From Terriglobales bacterium (lineage in GTDB: Bacteria > Acidobacteriota > Terriglobia > Acidiferrales > UBA7541), in contig DATIXL010000138.1 of the NCBI GenBank assembly GCA_035518615.1, forward strand, positions 669 through 64,668: a DNA stretch of 64,000 bases. Reading direction: 5' to 3'. The notes below the pieces were generated by a model. It had not been told where the DNA came from, made no database searches, and saw only the letters and a list, made by a program, of their open reading frames with translations. Shown in pieces: positions 30,052-41,605 of this stretch (position 1 is its first letter; every line of letters starts with the position of its first letter). A program made the position numbers and the translations under genes.

Positions 30052-30136
30052 CTACGTCGGTCCTTTCCTCTGCTCATATTTCTTCGCTATTCCAACTTCA
30101 GGGCCCAACCGCAGGGATTTCAACCAAGGTCTTCTT

Positions 30137-30445
30137 TCACCCGTTCGCTGCCATTGGATGAGTTTGGGACAAGAATTTGTCCCGGCAGCCTTCGCAACAA
30201 AAGTACAAAGTCTCATTCCCTTGTCGTAGCGGAATCGCAAGTACTTCCGCGACGTATGTGCCGCAAATCGGATCGTGCACCAGGCGGCGGTTTGGGAGGG
30301 AGTTGCTCACTCCGGAGGCAACCGTTTTCTGTGGCCTATCCGATCCACGCAACACCCACATCACGAGCCGTCGAACCAAACTTATGCCCCAGGAAAGAAC
30401 CAAAAGCCAGAACAGATACCGGAAAACGCGAATAATAAAGGTCAT
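30137..30445 (-). CDS. Membrane-anchored YHS/TRASH-domain protein
   Basis: N-terminal TM segment; DPICG...YFCCEGCRDKF. Confidence 0.8.
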   Translation of the reverse strand: MTFIIRVFRYLFWLLVLSWGISLVRRLVMWVLRGSDRPQKTVASGVSNSLPNRRLVHDPICGTYVAEVLAIPLRQGNETLYFCCEGCRDKFLSQTHPMAANG

Positions 30446-30674
30446 AGGATCATGCTACGCCGCCCCAGAACTCATGGAAAGTCCCGGCATAACAGTGAGG
30501 CGAGTGTATGAAAGACTAAAACCACCCGTCAAACGAAATTCTGTGCTTTCAATGGTTTGCGCGACGTATCCGGCCACATTCCGGATCGACCCGAGTGGCC
30601 ATCTAGAAGTAAATCGTTTATTTATAATGAGTTACAAGAATGACAGCGAGTCACATTCTGGCAAACCAATTCGG

Positions 30675-31949
30675 CTATCGGGGCGGGATGCGGTCTATGC
30701 CCATGTATGGCTTCAAGACTTCCGGAATCAGGATGGACCCGTCCTCCTGCTGATAATTCTCGACGATGGCGATCCAGGTTCGCCCTACGGCGAGTCCGGA
30801 GCCATTCAGCGTGTGCACGAAATCGCTCTTGCCTCCACCTTTCGGCTTATAGCGAATACCGGCGCGGCGTGCCTGGAACGCTTCGCAGTTCGAGCAAGAG
30901 GAAATCTCGCGGAACTCCTTTGCCGAAGGCAGCCACACTTCGAGGTCATAAGTTTTCGCAGAAGCGAATCCCATGTCGCTGGAACACAGAAGCATGGTGC
31001 GGTAGTGAAGGCCCAGCTTCTGGAGGATCGCCTCCGCGTTCTGCGTGAGCTTCTCGTGCTCCTCGTAGCTCTTCTCCGGGTGCGTAAACTTAAAGAGCTC
31101 CACCTTTTGAAACTGATGCTGGCGCAAAATCCCCCGCGTGTCTTTCCCCGCTGCCCCTGCTTCCGAACGGAAACAGGCGGTCCAGGCGGTAACGCGAATG
31201 GGGAGCTTTTCTTCTGGCACTGTTTCGTCGCGGTAGAGATTGTGGAGCTCGACTTCCGAGGTGGGCGTAAGCCAGAAATCGGTTTCCTGTACGCGAAACA
31301 GATCTGCGGCAAATTTTGGCAACTGCCCCGCGCCCATCAGTGAAGCCGTGTTGACCAAGAAGGGAGGAAGAATTTCCGTGTAGCCGTGCTCGCGCGTGTG
31401 TACATCCAGACAAAAATTAGCAATGGCGCGTTCGAGCCGCGCTCCCCAGCTCTTGTAAACAGCAAACCGTGCGCCTGTGATCCTGGCGGCAGCCGCCAGA
31501 TCCAGAATTCCCGCACGCTCACCCACCTCCCAATGGGGCTTTGGTCCAAAGGCAAAATGCGGAGGCGTTCCCCAGCGGCGCACTTCCACGTTATCGGCGC
31601 TGCTCGTTCCCGTCGGCACGGAAGCGTGCGGAATGTTAGGAATGGTCAGCAGCAGTTCACGTTGCCGTGCATCGAGTTCCCCGACGCGCTCATCGGTCTG
31701 CTTGATCTGCTCGGAAATTTGCTTCATCTCCGCGATCAGAGCATCGGCATTTTGCTTTTCTTTTTTCAGCCGGGCAATCTCATCGCTGGCCTTATTGCGC
31801 TGCGCCTTGCGCCGTTCGTTCTGGGTAATCAGTTGGCGCCTCTCGCGATCCGACTCCCGGAATCCGTCAAGATCGAGTGTGATGCTGCGGCGTCCGGCCA
31901 TCTCCGCAAAAACATCCAGGTGCTCGCGAAAATATCCGAGATCATGCAT
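30675..31949 (-). CDS. serS: Serine--tRNA ligase
   Basis: N-terminal coiled coil, [41 protein letters not shown]. Confidence 0.97.
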   Translation of the reverse strand: MHDLGYFREHLDVFAEMAGRRSITLDLDGFRESDRERRQLITQNERRKAQRNKASDEIARLKKEKQNADALIAEMKQISEQIKQTDERVGELDARQRELLLTIPNIPHASVPTGTSSADNVEVRRWGTPPHFAFGPKPHWEVGERAGILDLAAAARITGARFAVYKSWGARLERAIANFCLDVHTREHGYTEILPPFLVNTASLMGAGQLPKFAADLFRVQETDFWLTPTSEVELHNLYRDETVPEEKLPIRVTAWTACFRSEAGAAGKDTRGILRQHQFQKVELFKFTHPEKSYEEHEKLTQNAEAILQKLGLHYRTMLLCSSDMGFASAKTYDLEVWLPSAKEFREISSCSNCEAFQARRAGIRYKPKGGGKSDFVHTLNGSGLAVGRTWIAIVENYQQEDGSILIPEVLKPYMGIDRIPPR

Positions 31950-32130
31950 GGTCCCGCAAGAATACCCCAGAACCGGCGCGGATGGGAGGCGTGCGGAAAT
32001 TGCCGCCGGGTGAGCCGCGCACTTGGTCTTACGCATCTAACTTTGTGGACATCAAATTGTCCCGCAGTTCATCTCGCGGAGCCGCAGGTGTGCGTTTTCT
32101 CGAGGTGAATGGCGGGGAAAGAGAGAAAAC

Positions 32131-32526
32131 ATGAATGTGTCGAAACTACTTGCCGGCCTGACGTTGGGAGCCTGTCTGCTCTTTGCGTCGAGCGCCTTCG
32201 CTTCCGAACACGGAAATCTTCAGCTTTTCGAAAAGGTTACCGTGAACGGCACACAGCTTGGCCCCGGACAATATAAGGTTGAATGGTCTGGCACAAATAA
32301 CAAAGCGGAGGTGAAAATCCTCAAGGGAAACGACCTGTTGGCATCGGCGCCGGCCAAAATCGTGCCGACGGAAGCTCAAGACGACGACGGCTACACAATG
32401 AAGAAAACCAGATCGGGGAAAGAAGACCTAACGGGTGTTTTTTTCGGCGGCAAGAAGTGGACCCTGGAGATCAAGCAAGCCTCTTCTTTGGATACCGCTC
32501 ATTCCACGAATCAGTCTGGAGAGTAA
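32131..32526 (+). CDS. Secreted hypothetical protein
   Basis: Signal peptide; VNGTQLGPGQYKVEW beta-rich pattern. Confidence 0.75.
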   Translation: MNVSKLLAGLTLGACLLFASSAFASEHGNLQLFEKVTVNGTQLGPGQYKVEWSGTNNKAEVKILKGNDLLASAPAKIVPTEAQDDDGYTMKKTRSGKEDLTGVFFGGKKWTLEIKQASSLDTAHSTNQSGE

Positions 32527-32662
32527 TCGTAATCTGAGCGTCCTCGAAAGTGATACGGCCTGGTTTGCCCCGCGGAAAACGAGTGGCGTGGGGCCTCCTC
32601 CGTAGTCGAAGTTCACTTCAAAGCAAGGCTTCCTGCGAGTTACCGGGAAGGCGCTGGCACTA

Positions 32663-33862
32663 TCAGCCGGTCATCAGGAATAAGGGTTTCATCTCGAAGC
32701 TTTTGTATTGCGGCCTCAGTCGATCCGTATTGTAGTGTTCGTGGATGTCCACAAATTTTTTCGTGGCTGTCACCGTGCCAATCGGAACGTCTTCGTAGCG
32801 GCCGTTTTTCAGCACCACTAATCTGCCGAAATTCTTCTTCAGGATCATGTCCAGTGCCACGTTTCCATAGGCCATGGGCACGATGGAATCCAGCGCGTCA
32901 GGATCGCCGCAACGCACAAGGTACCCAAGTTTCTGGCTGATCACCTCAATCTTTTTCCCGTTATTGTACTTGGCGGATCTTTCCTTCAGTTGCTCGGCGA
33001 CCAGTTCCCCGATCCCACCCAATTTCTTGTGCCCAAACGCGTCCGCGGTGTCATGCTCGAAAACCATTTCGCCGCCTTCAAACATCGCTCCTTCGGAAAC
33101 GAGCACCACGGAGTACCTGCTCGGGTTTTTTCTGCGGTCCGAAACCATCAATTCCGTAAGTTTTTCCATATCGAATTTGAACTCGGGAATTACGCAGCGG
33201 TGCGCCGCTCCCGCCATCGTCGGCAGCATCGCGGTGTACCCGGCGTAGCGTCCGAATACTTCCAGAACCAGAAACCTCTCGTGCGAACCTGCGGATGTGC
33301 GCAGCGCGTTGGTCATCTGAATTGTGCGCGTGATGCAAGTGCTGAAGCCGATGCAGTAATCCGTGCCCGGCACATCGTTGTCCATTGTCTTCGGAATCGC
33401 TACCACCTTCATGCCTTCCTGGGACAGGCGCACGCCGTAGCTCAACGTATCGTCGCCGCCGATCGGGATCAGGTGGTCAATTCCCAGCCATTCCAGGTTT
33501 TTCAGCACCTCCGGTGTCAGATCGTTCTTTTCTGCGTTGAATTTGTCCCTGAGATGCGCGGGGACACTGTCCTTTTTTACGCGGCCCGGATTGGTTCGCG
33601 AGGAATGGAGAAAAGTGCCCCCGGTACGCCCTGCGCGATTGACCTCGACTTCAGTCAGTCTGTGAATATTGTCGCTGTTGTCGTATTCCTTGTCGCGAAT
33701 GAGCTCTACGAGCCCAGCCCATCCATGCCGTATGCCGATCACCTCATAGCCTTCACGCAGAGCTCGAAATGTCACCGCCCGAATGGCCGGATTGAGGCCC
33801 GGAACGTCGCCGCCCCCCGTAAGAATCCCGATGATTCCCTTCCTTGTGTTCACGTTTGCCAT
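32663..33862 (-). CDS. 6-phosphofructokinase, probably pyrophosphate-dependent
   Basis: TGGGDVPGLN, GGDDT, PKTMDND, EVFGRYAG. The GGDD and PKT residues are the PPi-type signature. Confidence 0.9.
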   Translation of the reverse strand: MANVNTRKGIIGILTGGGDVPGLNPAIRAVTFRALREGYEVIGIRHGWAGLVELIRDKEYDNSDNIHRLTEVEVNRAGRTGGTFLHSSRTNPGRVKKDSVPAHLRDKFNAEKNDLTPEVLKNLEWLGIDHLIPIGGDDTLSYGVRLSQEGMKVVAIPKTMDNDVPGTDYCIGFSTCITRTIQMTNALRTSAGSHERFLVLEVFGRYAGYTAMLPTMAGAAHRCVIPEFKFDMEKLTELMVSDRRKNPSRYSVVLVSEGAMFEGGEMVFEHDTADAFGHKKLGGIGELVAEQLKERSAKYNNGKKIEVISQKLGYLVRCGDPDALDSIVPMAYGNVALDMILKKNFGRLVVLKNGRYEDVPIGTVTATKKFVDIHEHYNTDRLRPQYKSFEMKPLFLMTG

Positions 33863-33975
33863 GAGTGAAGCCCTTTTCGCGGAGTCTGAAACACGCCAGT
33901 GTACACGGTCTCCCTCTTCCACTTCTAGTCGAAGTGCTCCTGCTGCCGTCTGGATTCGGAAATGGCTCCTCGATA

Positions 33976-35493
33976 CTACGGCGAAGTTTGCTTGGCGTAG
34001 GCTTTTGCCCCGGATTGCCGGAACTCGAAGCGCAGAATCCATTCGCTGGGCGCGCTACGACCGCCGGCTTCCGGAGAGATGAACTCCCAGCGTTTCGCGG
34101 CTTCAAGAGCTTTGCCGGCGAAAAACTCGCTGGGCCCCTGCGAGTCCAATTGCGCATTGGTCACTCTGCCCGCGGCATCCGCTTGGACTCGTACACTCAC
34201 CCGCACGGTTCCGTGGATTGTGCTCAGCGCCCTTTCCGAAACGTCGGGCAGGACTTGATCCAGAACCTGGCCTTTTCCACTTTCGTCTTTGGCTTCGGTT
34301 ACGGGTTCTTTGGGAGCCTCTTTGGACGCCTCCGCAATGAGTTTCGCGGGCCTGGGAGAATCGGTTTTTTCATGCTTCTTGACGGACCGTCCCTCATGCG
34401 CCGGCGCCGATTTTATCAGCCCCTTATCGGGAAACGATCCTGGGGGCGAGGTGGGCAGCGCAGCCGCCTCCGCTGCGGCCGATGACGGTGCCGGGGCTTC
34501 CGTTTGGTGCGGCACAGCCCGGTTGAGCGAAAGCCAGGCAACGAAAAAAGCAAATCCCGCGAGGCCTGGAATCAGAATCCACAGGGGCGAAAACGGTAAT
34601 CCCTGTTTGCGGGAACGTGGTTTTGCTGGAATGCTTGGCGGTTCCAGGTGTCTTTTCTTGGCGGATCGCGCGGGTTCCGGGGAAAAAGTCACTGTTTCGC
34701 TGGGCCATTCCGGTAGGGGCTTGCGCTGAGGAGGATAGAGTTCAGCTTTGAAATCTAAAATCTTCCAGCGCCGCGAAGTTTCGCGAACCAGCGCGTGGCG
34801 CACAATCTCCTGATAAGGATTGGGAAGCTGCTCAGCCAGTTCCAGTTCGCCGGCTGTGGATTGGCGCCACGAAGGATGATGCTGGGTCAGCACCTCCACC
34901 AGAGTGACTCCCAGCGACCAGACATCACTCGACGGTACTGCAATCCCCGCCACGTCCTCCGGCGCAGCATAGAGGCTCTTCGTCTCCTGGGGCATTGTCG
35001 CATCCCCGGCGGGGCAAATCTGGTCCGAGGAGATCTTGATCTTGTCATCGAGCGCGAGAATATTGGAGGGCTTGATCCGAGTGTGAACCAGCCGCTTTTC
35101 ATGGAGGTACTGGACCGCATCCAACACCGAGCGGAGCATTTCCTTTGCTTCTTCCGCGGTCAGGGCACGTTGCGGCAGGATTTGCGACAGATCTTCTTCG
35201 GCAACTTCCATAACCACGTAAAGTAAATCCCTCCCTTCCACTTGGCAGCGGCCCATGTCGAAAATCGGCTGCAAGCCCGGGTGAGAGAGTTTTGCCGCAA
35301 TCTTCCACCGGCTCATCTGTAGTTCCGCCCGCGAAGCATCGGCCGCGAGCAGCTTGATGGCCGCTTTGCTCGTCTGTGGTTCGCCGGTTTCCGTCAGGTA
35401 GACGGCGCTGTGCCCCGATCCGCCAAGAAAGCGAACCAGCTTGTATTTCCCGTCAACGATGAAGCCTTCCCAATGATTCCAGATTTCGCTCAT
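33976..35493 (-). CDS. Ser/Thr kinase-like (probable pseudokinase) - TM - TonB C-terminal fusion protein
   Basis: LGGSGHSAVY, AAIKLL, HTRIKPSNIL, YAAPE, SDVWSLG; TM LWILIPGLAGFAFFVAWL; TonB_C GTVRVSVRV...ALEAAKRWEF. Confidence 0.85.
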   Translation of the reverse strand: MSEIWNHWEGFIVDGKYKLVRFLGGSGHSAVYLTETGEPQTSKAAIKLLAADASRAELQMSRWKIAAKLSHPGLQPIFDMGRCQVEGRDLLYVVMEVAEEDLSQILPQRALTAEEAKEMLRSVLDAVQYLHEKRLVHTRIKPSNILALDDKIKISSDQICPAGDATMPQETKSLYAAPEDVAGIAVPSSDVWSLGVTLVEVLTQHHPSWRQSTAGELELAEQLPNPYQEIVRHALVRETSRRWKILDFKAELYPPQRKPLPEWPSETVTFSPEPARSAKKRHLEPPSIPAKPRSRKQGLPFSPLWILIPGLAGFAFFVAWLSLNRAVPHQTEAPAPSSAAAEAAALPTSPPGSFPDKGLIKSAPAHEGRSVKKHEKTDSPRPAKLIAEASKEAPKEPVTEAKDESGKGQVLDQVLPDVSERALSTIHGTVRVSVRVQADAAGRVTNAQLDSQGPSEFFAGKALEAAKRWEFISPEAGGRSAPSEWILRFEFRQSGAKAYAKQTSP

Positions 35494-35773
35494 GATGCGC
35501 CTCCGCTCGCGGCCTCAGATACAGGCGCGCGGAAGCTGGTTCGCGCGCTAGGAAGTTGGGGCTGGGGCTGGACCGGCCATGGGAGGAAACTTTCCAGGCA
35601 CGCCCGCGAAGGGGGTTGGAAAGCTCTCCGGGTTCATTCTGATTCGTTCGGGTCGCAATTGGAAGAGCCGGTTGCCCAAAAGCACATGGATTGTAACCCA
35701 GCGGCGGTTCGATGCCAAAAAAACACGATCCGGTCCGGTTGATTTTCGTTGCGTCTCTTGTATCTGATCGGTC

Positions 35774-37915
35774 CTAGACCGGCCGGCGAATCCCCAGCTT
35801 GCGCATGCGGGCTTGCAGGGTGGTGCGTTTCATTCCTAGAATCGTGGCTGCGCCCCGCGGCCCGGCAATCCGCCATTGGGTTTGCCGCAGCGCTCTCAGA
35901 ATGTGCTGCCGCTCCGCTTCCTCCATTGTCGCTAGAGACAATCCTGCCGTAACGGGCGAGAGTTCCTGCGCAGGTGCGGTCGCCGCAGCCGCTCCATTGG
36001 GCGGCCGGAGTTCGCTCAAGGGAACGCGCAATTCCTTCCCCGGCGAAAGCAGCACGGCCCGCTCGATCAAGTTCTCCAGCTCTCTCACATTGCCTGGCCA
36101 GGAGTAATTCACCAGCGCGTCCATCGCTTCCGACGGAACGTACTCGACCGTCTTGTTCAGACTACGGCTGAATCTCTGCACAAAATAACGCACCAGCAGG
36201 GAAATATCGTCGCGGCGCTCGCGTAGCGCCGGAATCTGGATCGGGAAAACGTTCAAGCGATAATAAAGGTCGCTCCGGAAAACGCGCTCCGCAACCAGCC
36301 TGTTCAGGTCCGCATTCGTGGCCGCAACCACGCGCACATCCACTTGCTGCGTGCGGTTGCTGCCCAGCCGCTCGAATTCCTGTTCCTGAAGAACGCGCAG
36401 TAGTTTTGGTTGTAATTCCAGCGGAATATCTCCGACTTCATCCAGAAAGATCGTTCCGCCATTGGCCATCTCGAACCTGCCAATTTTCTGGTTGACCGCT
36501 CCCGTGAACGCGCCGCGCTCGTGCCCAAAGAGCTCCGATTCCAGCAGGCCGGAGGGAATCGCGGCGCAGTTCACTTTCACGAACGTGCGTTCCCGCCTTG
36601 GGCTCAAATTGTGAATGGCCCGCGCAAACAGCTCTTTCCCCGTTCCCGTTTCCCCAAGCAGCAACACGGTCGTGTTTGCCGGCGCGGCGAGCTCCACCTG
36701 AGCCAGCGCGCGCTTCAGCGCCGCGCTTTCGCCGATGATTTCCTCAAAATTGAGTTCGCTCCGGATCTCCTCTTCGAGGTACAGCTTTTCCACCGCCAGT
36801 TTATCTTTCAACGAGTCTATTTCCTTGAACGCCAGCGCGTTCTCCACGGCAATCGCGATCTGCGCCCCCGCCTGGTACAACAGTTCCACCTCGGGCGGAG
36901 AAAATGCTGCCTCGCTCCGACTGGCGAGGTTGAGCGATCCGAAGGTGCGCCCGTGCGTTGTGAGCGGCACGCAGCAGGCGGAAACAAGGCCCTGCCCCCG
37001 CAAAATGCGCACAATCTCCGCTCCAAAGCGATCCAGCTCTTTCCCTCGAAACACTTTTGTTTCGCCGCTGAGAATGCAGTTCCCCGCCGGCGAGCTCTCC
37101 AGGGGCACCGTGAGCTCCTTGTTCCTGGGAATGCTGTTCCCGCCCGGAAATTCCAGTGCGTGGATCTTCAAAAGATTCGTAGCGGGATCGAGCAGCGCGA
37201 GGCTCGTGTAGTCGTGGTGGATCACCCGGGTCAGCGCCGTCACAATCCCCCGGAATAATTCCTTCAGCTCCCGGCTCGTAACCAGCACGTTGTTGATTTC
37301 CAGCAGCACTTGCAGCCGGTCGCGTTCCTGCGCGAGCTGTTTCTGATAAGCCTCCGCCGATTCGAAGTTCAGCGCGTTGTCCACTGCCACCGCAACCTGC
37401 GCTGTAACCCGCCGCATGAATTCGATCTCCGTCGGCGTCAGCCCCAGCGGCACGACGCGCCCAAAACCCAGCGCCCCGATTCTGCGTTGCGCCGTCGTCA
37501 AGGGCAGAATCACGATGGAGCGCACTCCCTGCTCCAGCAAATGCTGTACAAACTCCGGAAAGCGCGTTTCTTCTTCGAGATCGTGAACCACAAACGCCTG
37601 CTGCGTTTCCCAAACCCAGCCCGAGGGATACACCCCCACCGGCACTTCGCTCCCCGTATCTTTCTCCGTGGGAACCCGGCTTTCCAAAACGTGCAGCCGC
37701 ATCACGTTGCGGGCGGGATCGTGCAGAACCAGGGAGAGAAAATCGAACTCGATCACGGAATGCAGGCGTTCCGCAAGGTCGTGGAAGAGCACCGGCAAGT
37801 CGCGCTGCTGCGCGATCACTTCGCTCACTTCCAGCAAGGCTTCCAGTTGCCGCCGGGAATGGTCCATCCGCGCAAACGGTGCTGTTTCCAGTGGGGGAGC
37901 CGCGTTTTCCGCCAT
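35774..37915 (-). CDS. FhlA-like sigma54 enhancer-binding protein (GAF-GAF-AAA+-HTH)
   Basis: GETGTGKE, ESELFGHERGAFTGA, FLDEVG, WPGNVREL, C-terminal HTH. Confidence 0.93.
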   Translation of the reverse strand: MAENAAPPLETAPFARMDHSRRQLEALLEVSEVIAQQRDLPVLFHDLAERLHSVIEFDFLSLVLHDPARNVMRLHVLESRVPTEKDTGSEVPVGVYPSGWVWETQQAFVVHDLEEETRFPEFVQHLLEQGVRSIVILPLTTAQRRIGALGFGRVVPLGLTPTEIEFMRRVTAQVAVAVDNALNFESAEAYQKQLAQERDRLQVLLEINNVLVTSRELKELFRGIVTALTRVIHHDYTSLALLDPATNLLKIHALEFPGGNSIPRNKELTVPLESSPAGNCILSGETKVFRGKELDRFGAEIVRILRGQGLVSACCVPLTTHGRTFGSLNLASRSEAAFSPPEVELLYQAGAQIAIAVENALAFKEIDSLKDKLAVEKLYLEEEIRSELNFEEIIGESAALKRALAQVELAAPANTTVLLLGETGTGKELFARAIHNLSPRRERTFVKVNCAAIPSGLLESELFGHERGAFTGAVNQKIGRFEMANGGTIFLDEVGDIPLELQPKLLRVLQEQEFERLGSNRTQQVDVRVVAATNADLNRLVAERVFRSDLYYRLNVFPIQIPALRERRDDISLLVRYFVQRFSRSLNKTVEYVPSEAMDALVNYSWPGNVRELENLIERAVLLSPGKELRVPLSELRPPNGAAAATAPAQELSPVTAGLSLATMEEAERQHILRALRQTQWRIAGPRGAATILGMKRTTLQARMRKLGIRRPV

Positions 37916-38007
37916 GGACGCAGGATAGCATCCGCATCATCGGCGGCTCAACCAATCCGCCTGCCGGGCCCTCGGGATTCCGCCTCGTGCTAGAATAGTG
38001 GGTCTTC

Positions 38008-38084
38008 AGGCCCGTAGCTCAGTTGGTTAGAGCGCTACCTTGACACGGTAGAGGTCTGGGGTTCGAGTCCCCACGGGCCTACCA
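38008..38084 (+). tRNA. tRNA-Val (GAC)
   Basis: Acceptor stem AGGCCCG/CGGGCCT, D-arm AGCTCAGTTGGTTAGAGC, anticodon stem CTACC/GGTAG with loop TTGACAC, T-loop GGTTCGAGTCC, encoded CCA. Confidence 0.97.
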
Positions 38085-38361
38085 TTCTTTCATTTGCATA
38101 GTCTCCGAATCCGGGACTGCGCAACATTTTCCACCTGTTCTACCTGGGATCTCCTGCGCGTGCGCCGCCGCCTTTGATCCTGCAAGGTCCCATCGCTCCG
38201 GGGACCACCGCCTCGCGGTTTCCTGCGCGCGTATAGACACCTAACGCAAAAGCGGCGTTGCGTGACGCAAAATGCGTCGAGCAGTTTTTTTGGCCCTTAT
38301 TGTCCCTCCGTCATCCTTGCGGATCCCAGTTCGGACCGATGGGCATCAAGGTTCGCACAGA

Positions 38362-40560
<2,199 letters not shown>

Positions 40561-40598
40561 TCAGAAAGTTAAAACAAAACTCTTGTCAACGGCGTGCG

Positions 40599-41024
40599 CT
40601 AACGGGACACGCGGCGCGGAGCACACTTCGCGCAAAGCCCGCGAAAAATCAGTTCGCACTCGCGAAGAGTGCGCTTGCCGAGGGAGCGCGAACGCGGGCG
40701 GGGCACGTCGTACCAGTCAATGTCCTCCACAGTGCCGCAGCGGTCGCAGATGAAATGGTGATGGTGCAAGTCGCGCGCGTCGAAACGCGCGGCGCGGCCT
40801 TCGACGGCGACTTCACGCACCAAACCAGCCTTCACAAGATCGCGAAGATTGTTGTAGGTGGTGGCGCGGGAAGAGCGGGGATCCACGCGATTCACGGCCT
40901 CAAAGATTTCCGTGGCCGTGGGATGGCCGTGGCAATCCATCAGGAAGGCCATCACCGCATAGCGCTGCGGAGTGCAGCGCAGGCCGCTGCTCTCCAAGGA
41001 TCGCTTAATCGCCGCAGTATCCAT
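40599..41024 (-). CDS. perR: Fur-family regulator, PerR-like
   Basis: HPTA, RFD, HHHHFICDRCG, VED, CAKC. The Asp in VED is PerR-type, and the gene lies directly upstream of katG. Confidence 0.82.
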   Translation of the reverse strand: MDTAAIKRSLESSGLRCTPQRYAVMAFLMDCHGHPTATEIFEAVNRVDPRSSRATTYNNLRDLVKAGLVREVAVEGRAARFDARDLHHHHFICDRCGTVEDIDWYDVPRPRSRSLGKRTLRECELIFRGLCAKCAPRRVSR

Positions 41025-41031
41025 CTGGGGC

Positions 41032-41046
41032 TTAGAATATATCTAA
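41032..41046. promoter_or_regulatory. Palindromic Fur/PerR/Irr-like operator upstream of perR
   Basis: TTAGA-ATATA-TCTAA inverted repeat 7 nt upstream of the perR ATG. Confidence 0.6.
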
Positions 41047-41422
41047 TGTGAAATTTTGTCGAGAATGATGCCTTGGTTCGCCTCACGCGGGCTGACCATG
41101 TTTGCCGGGGTTCCTTATGTATCCTGCAGTGTTCAACCTCCAGAAATTTGGATTTCAGTTCCGCGCATGGCCACAGAGCAGGATTTCCAAACAATCGCTC
41201 GGCCATCCACCTTCAACGCCCCCAAGAAAATGTATCGCATTGGGATTTGGGAGATTTCGACTTCCCAAAACGGGCTGGGAACACGTCGGCGGGCACGCAG
41301 CTCACTCGGACTCAATAAGTCCGATAGGACCACCTTGGTCGTATTAGACTAACTCCATTCGATATGTTGGCCTTTCCGTAAAGCTCCGCGCCAAATTTTT
41401 TAGATTAGACTTCACTTTCTTG

Positions 41423-41450
41423 TTGACAATTCCTACAGCCGATGTAACTT
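41423..41450 (+). promoter_or_regulatory. Putative sigma70 promoter of the cytochrome operon
   Basis: TTGACA (41423-41428), 16-nt spacer, TAACTT (41445-41450). Confidence 0.5.
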
Positions 41451-41605
41451 GAAGGCATCCTTCCGGGCCCGTCTCATCCTGTGAACAGTTCTGGGATGTG
41501 ATGCCCTGCCGGCAAATTTACTGTGACGGAAGTGGTTGGGGTTGATGAAACTCACAGTAACACGTCTGATCCGACCCAAGAGTAGATTCGCTTAGGGGTG
41601 ACTGT

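Noticed and set aside
31950-32130. T-box upstream of serS
   Set aside because: No T-box consensus or terminator/antiterminator seen.
38008-38084. tRNA-Val as the integration site of an island containing katG and the cytochrome operon
   Set aside because: No duplicated tRNA 3' end and no integrase were seen in the window.
41056-41352. Small ORFs in the perR-cytochrome intergenic region
   Set aside because: Overlapping ORFs on both strands, with no motif and no clear SD; cannot be supported.
41511-41560. c-di-GMP/cGAMP (GEMM-I) riboswitch in the cytochrome leader
   Set aside because: GGCAAA and GACGGAAG are present, but the P2 hairpin with a GNRA tetraloop between them is missing.
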